A stretch of 63,834 bases of DNA, counting the filler, from Sphaeroforma arctica JP610 (Eukaryota), in NCBI RefSeq assembly GCF_001186125.1. It is 5 parts of 2 records of this genome, joined end to end, with 100 filler letters (N's around TTAATTAATTAA, not from the genome) between each part and the next. Parts side by side here need not be neighbours in the genome. Positions count along the whole stretch, not along the records: positions 61,521 to 63,834 come from NW_014040529.1; 4 more parts are not named here. One strand, written 5' to 3'. Shown here piece after piece: positions 61,543 to 63,834 of the stretch. How positions within the stretch are numbered: the first letter of the stretch is position 1; each line of letters begins with the position of its first letter. The position numbers were made by a program, and so were the translations under genes. Below the pieces are notes generated by a model. That model was not told where the DNA came from, searched no databases, and saw only the letters and a program-made list of their open reading frames with translations.

Positions 61543-63703
61543 CTTCAGACCCACCGTCTACCATAGGAATCATGGCTATAAGATTGTTGTCATCGTCGTA
61601 CTTCACTAGACTGTGCAGCATGCTGTTCATCCACCGTCTCGCTGTAATTCGATATAAACAAGGTGTGAGGGGGTGGGGAATATAAAACCTTCAGTTCCTG
61701 ATCTAGAAGTGAAAGCATCTAAACGACTTAGTCATACTATGATCAATCCACGTATATATATATATACCTATGTTTAGAACAGTTAACCGCGTGCTAAGTA
61801 AGACTACACGTATTGTACCAACATCCCATTAAACAAATGTGTCTCCGTATATTAGTTCCTATCGGTTCCATTCTGAATGTGTAAACTTGAACACGTTGTA
61901 GCGTCAACGAGCGACTGAATTGAATCAGGCAGCCATTCACCTGTAAGCGCATGCGCGTGTATGTACCCAACTCACCTTCAATCGAGTCCAGACCGCAGAC
62001 AATTATATGAAACTGGTCATAGAAGTCGGCATTCTTTTCTTGGATGCGGCACACATGGCTGTGTGTGTGGGAAGTGATGGAGGTGAAGCGGTATATTGTC
62101 ATTCTATAACAACACATTCTCGGTGAAAGTGGGCGCCGCGATGTTCTAAGTCAATCAGAAGCGTATACTCGCGTACAGTAGCGCGATGTATCAACGTACG
62201 AATATAATATCCAAATGAGGTTAGAGGAGGCTCAGACAGGCAGAAAAGGAGTACCTATGTTTACCCATAAATCTCGTGATGCATGTGGAATCTGTTACGC
62301 CAGAGCAAATTTCGAGTCGTCAGAGATAGTGTGTATGGTCTACGATTGCGGCTACTACATAACATTTTGTTCGAACAAGGGCAACCTCAGGGCATCACAC
62401 AGACTGTATGCAGGACGATCTCTTACGGTGTAACGTGGCACCCTTCCACACGTTTGTTAATGAATTTAGCCGCACAGGTTGCCTTGGGTTTTCCAACATC
62501 CGTAGACCGGAACAGAAATTGCCTGGATATAGCCAAGGTGTAAGCGATAGGTTCAACCGGGCGTCAAGCAATGTATGTTTTAGTTGAATAACATGAGGAC
62601 GGCTCTGCGCGCGCGCCAAAGAAAAATAAAAAATACGCAACTAGTATGAAGCATGCGGTACAGAGAAGGTTTGATTATTTCTATCACCCGAGCAATATCT
62701 CTACTAGATACACAAGGCATCTGACTTCTGTGTTAGTAGCCTTTAGTAGTCCAATCCATATCAGAACTACTACCCCGGGTGCTCAAACACAGGTAAATGT
62801 ATTGAGTTGAATTACTATTGACACAGATATCGATGGATCGAGGAAAATGTACAAGACGAGAAGTCATTCTCATGCATATGCATTCAGCTGAGAACAGCTA
62901 TTAGTTTGAGCCTCAGGTGTAGACTGATATTGCGCGACGAACGCATCCAAAGGATGAGTGAATCGAGACTTATACAACCAAGACAGCACAGTACGACCTG
63001 ATACTCGACCATATTCCGTTATGAATGTACCACAACACAGACAAGTTGAGACCCTATTGTCAACTGGCTCGGCACCCCGGACATCCACACGCATGTCACA
63101 TTTGGTTGGGTGGGTCTGATACCTGTTGAGATTTGATATATCGATTGTATCCATGTCGATCACATCAATATGACCAAACCCTGAGAGCGCCAAATCCTTA
63201 AGCAGCTCACAACCCAGCCCACCAGCACCCACTACGAGTATACGACTGTCCTGATGCAGGAAATCCTCTCGAATCTACACGTTCAATTGATAAGATGCAG
63301 TGCAACTGTGAATTAGTTTGGCACACTGACGACAGAGAAGGCGATACGTGCTACGACTGTGGTGGTATGGTACATGCAAACTTTATACATATCGATAAAA
63401 ACACAAGACACACAATAACATAGAAATTCAGTTGACGCGACGGAACTCGTGTAATTTGATAAAAACATTGACAACGCACAGAAGCCCATTTAAAATAGAT
63501 AGGTTGAGGCAAATAAGTTGGCAACCAATGTTCATGGCAAGTTAAGTGCACACACACGGCTATCCTACCTCTGTTTGAACATCGCAAGCCAACATGCTAG
63601 GCGTGTTGATGCTATATCGTACCTTAACATCCGGCTCGAAGTCTTCAGTAAACGGCCCATTACGGGTCAACAAGCTATCTATGGCACCCCATCGTTCACT
63701 CAT
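61543..63703 (-). CDS. UBA3: NEDD8-activating enzyme catalytic subunit, 5' five exons (63703-63623, 63274-63123, about 62522-62426, about 62058-61976, about 61642-61543), truncated at spacer
   Basis: [89 protein letters not shown]. Confidence 0.93.
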
Positions 63704-63834
63704 TTTGATACTGTTTCTGGAAGTCGAACGAAATTTAATGCTTAACTCCTACACTACGCTCAACAAAAACAACGAGAAATTATACATGTGTACCGACTAC
63801 ATATACATGCATCATGCATAAACTAAACTTGTGT

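Noticed and set aside
59744..63703. Apparent UBA3 (E1) to E2 fusion on the same strand
   Set aside because: A spacer separates them, and both the UBA3 C-terminal half and the E2 catalytic core are missing. An assembly gap explains it better.

Overview
Intron-rich eukaryotic genomic DNA with many (TA)n/(CA)n microsatellites. Gene content and style suggest a unicellular opisthokont, probably an ichthyosporean (inference). Four N-TTAATTAATTAA-N spacers mark contig joins, so linkage across them is uncertain. Spliced genes: RPL32 (-) and RPL4 (+) head-to-head; a secreted PL6-like lyase with EGF, Pro-rich and 8-Cys modules; eIF3i (-); an EcKinase/APH-like kinase; an Aat/ATEL1-like aminoacyl transferase; an ERT1/AcuK-like PAS protein; a coiled-coil TM protein; the 3' end of a BIRC6/UBE2Z-like E2; and the 5' half of UBA3. 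Introns of the three translation genes host at least nine box C/D snoRNAs: four snR38/SNORD1, two snR54/U59, one 18S Um1288-type guide and two of uncertain target. A full-length decayed Copia element (21972-28524; TATA...TATA LTRs, CTATG TSD) carries a nested solo LTR. Most notably, it has a DIRS-type N6-adenine methyltransferase-like domain inserted inside its integrase zinc finger. A second, homologous methyltransferase ORF with an intact NPPW motif lies in an apparent Copia relic at 52.5-53.2 kb. All family assignments come from remembered motifs, not database searches.
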